A stretch of DNA of 64,000 nucleotides from a virus. Its lineage: Duplodnaviria; Caudoviricetes. This document shows, in pieces, positions 63,350-64,000 of the stretch. A program made the position numbers and the translations under genes. The notes beneath the pieces are model-generated. The model had not been told where the DNA came from. It made no database searches and worked only from the letters and a program-made list of their open reading frames with translations. Each line of letters starts with the position of its first letter. Positions within the stretch are counted from its first letter, which is position 1. The DNA lies in the IMG/VR virus record IMGVR_UViG_3300012984_000010. One strand, given 5' to 3'.

Positions 63350-64000
63350 TTAGTCGACGCCTTTCAAGTTACACACAGGGTACAGCCGTTTGTGAACGGT
63401 AGCTATGTCTGCCTGCTCTAAGACAGCCACAACCTCGTCCAAATCTTTGTAAACCTCGCCGCACTCATCCAAAGGTGTGTGCTTGTGATTGCCGACGATT
63501 CCTTCGATCGTTACACCGTTGAAGGTTCGCTTCACCGTCTTCATCTCATGATCGATGCGCTCTTGCTTGTGCTCAAGCTTTCGCTTCGCCTCTCCTCGGG
63601 CCATCTTCCGGCCAGAGCCGTGGTTGACCGAACAAGCGGACTTGTGAGCGCCAGCATTTGGAAAAAGGATAACCGCCCCAGTCATCATGCTGCCAGGAAT
63701 CAGACAAGGGTGTCCAGTCGTTTCCCAAGACGTTCCAACCAGGTCGGGATGGCCTGCTGGAAAAGCACGGGTCGCCCCTTTGCGATGGACGTAACCTCGC
63801 TTGGTCGTACCGTCCGGCAAGACCAAGGTTTCCTCTTGAACGAGGTTGTGACTGATCTCGTAGTAGACCTCCGAGTCGGCCGCGAAAACCTCTTGCAGAG
63901 CCTCCTGGACGCCCTGAACAATCAAGTGTCGATTGGCGATAGCGTAGTTGGCCGCAGAGTTGTGGTACGCCCAATACTCCTTGCCTAGAGGCTCATCGAG
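63350..64000 (-). CDS. rtcB: RtcB RNA ligase, C-terminal part (truncated by the window end)
   Basis: NYAIANR, HN, VHRKGATRA, IPGSM, NHGSGR, YKDLDEV; frame open to 64000. Confidence 0.92.
   Translation of the reverse strand, partial: LDEPLGKEYWAYHNSAANYAIANRHLIVQGVQEALQEVFAADSEVYYEISHNLVQEETLVLPDGTTKRGYVHRKGATRAFPAGHPDLVGTSWETTGHPCLIPGSMMTGAVILFPNAGAHKSACSVNHGSGRKMARGEAKRKLEHKQERIDHEMKTVKRTFNGVTIEGIVGNHKHTPLDECGEVYKDLDEVVAVLEQADIATVHKRLYPVCNLKGVD

Overview
This 64 kb window is an internal segment of a large dsDNA tailed-phage (jumbo-phage-like) genome. Every credible gene is on the minus strand; the plus-strand ORFs look like shadows. In transcription order (right to left) there are two modules. 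Early/middle module (~64000-31000): RtcB (truncated by the window edge), a free-standing HNH-type endonuclease, small hypothetical genes, a DEDD exonuclease, GroEL, a bacterial-type clamp loader (holB, holA, dnaX) and beta clamp (dnaN), class Ia RNR (nrdAB), NAD ligase, ThyX, RecD2-like helicase, probable SSB, RuvC, RecA, a split SbcC with SbcD, a Cas4-like nuclease, primase core, a NusG-5'-3' exonuclease fusion and a tandem sigma-region-4 protein. Late head module (~31000-1): Ig/BACON-like protein, terminase small and large subunits, three decoration-like paralogues, portal, prohead protease, scaffold, decoration protein, major capsid protein, a free-standing LAGLIDADG endonuclease, a zincin peptidase, ung and many probable internal head proteins. 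Most notable signals: (i) a late-promoter-like pyrimidine motif that also forms RBS/AUG-occluding hairpins in read-through RNA; (ii) a CGGTGTA motif at -12/-11 spacing that implies leaderless mRNAs; (iii) the NusG-nuclease fusion; (iv) a shared SxRxVVxRFKxA peptide and recurrent K-x-A-[SAG] motifs in unrelated late proteins; (v) two genes missed by the ORF track, one matching the DNA Pol I motif-2/motif-A segment. No tRNA, rRNA or CRISPR array was seen. All assignments are from motif recognition by eye; no database search was run, and the host cannot be determined.
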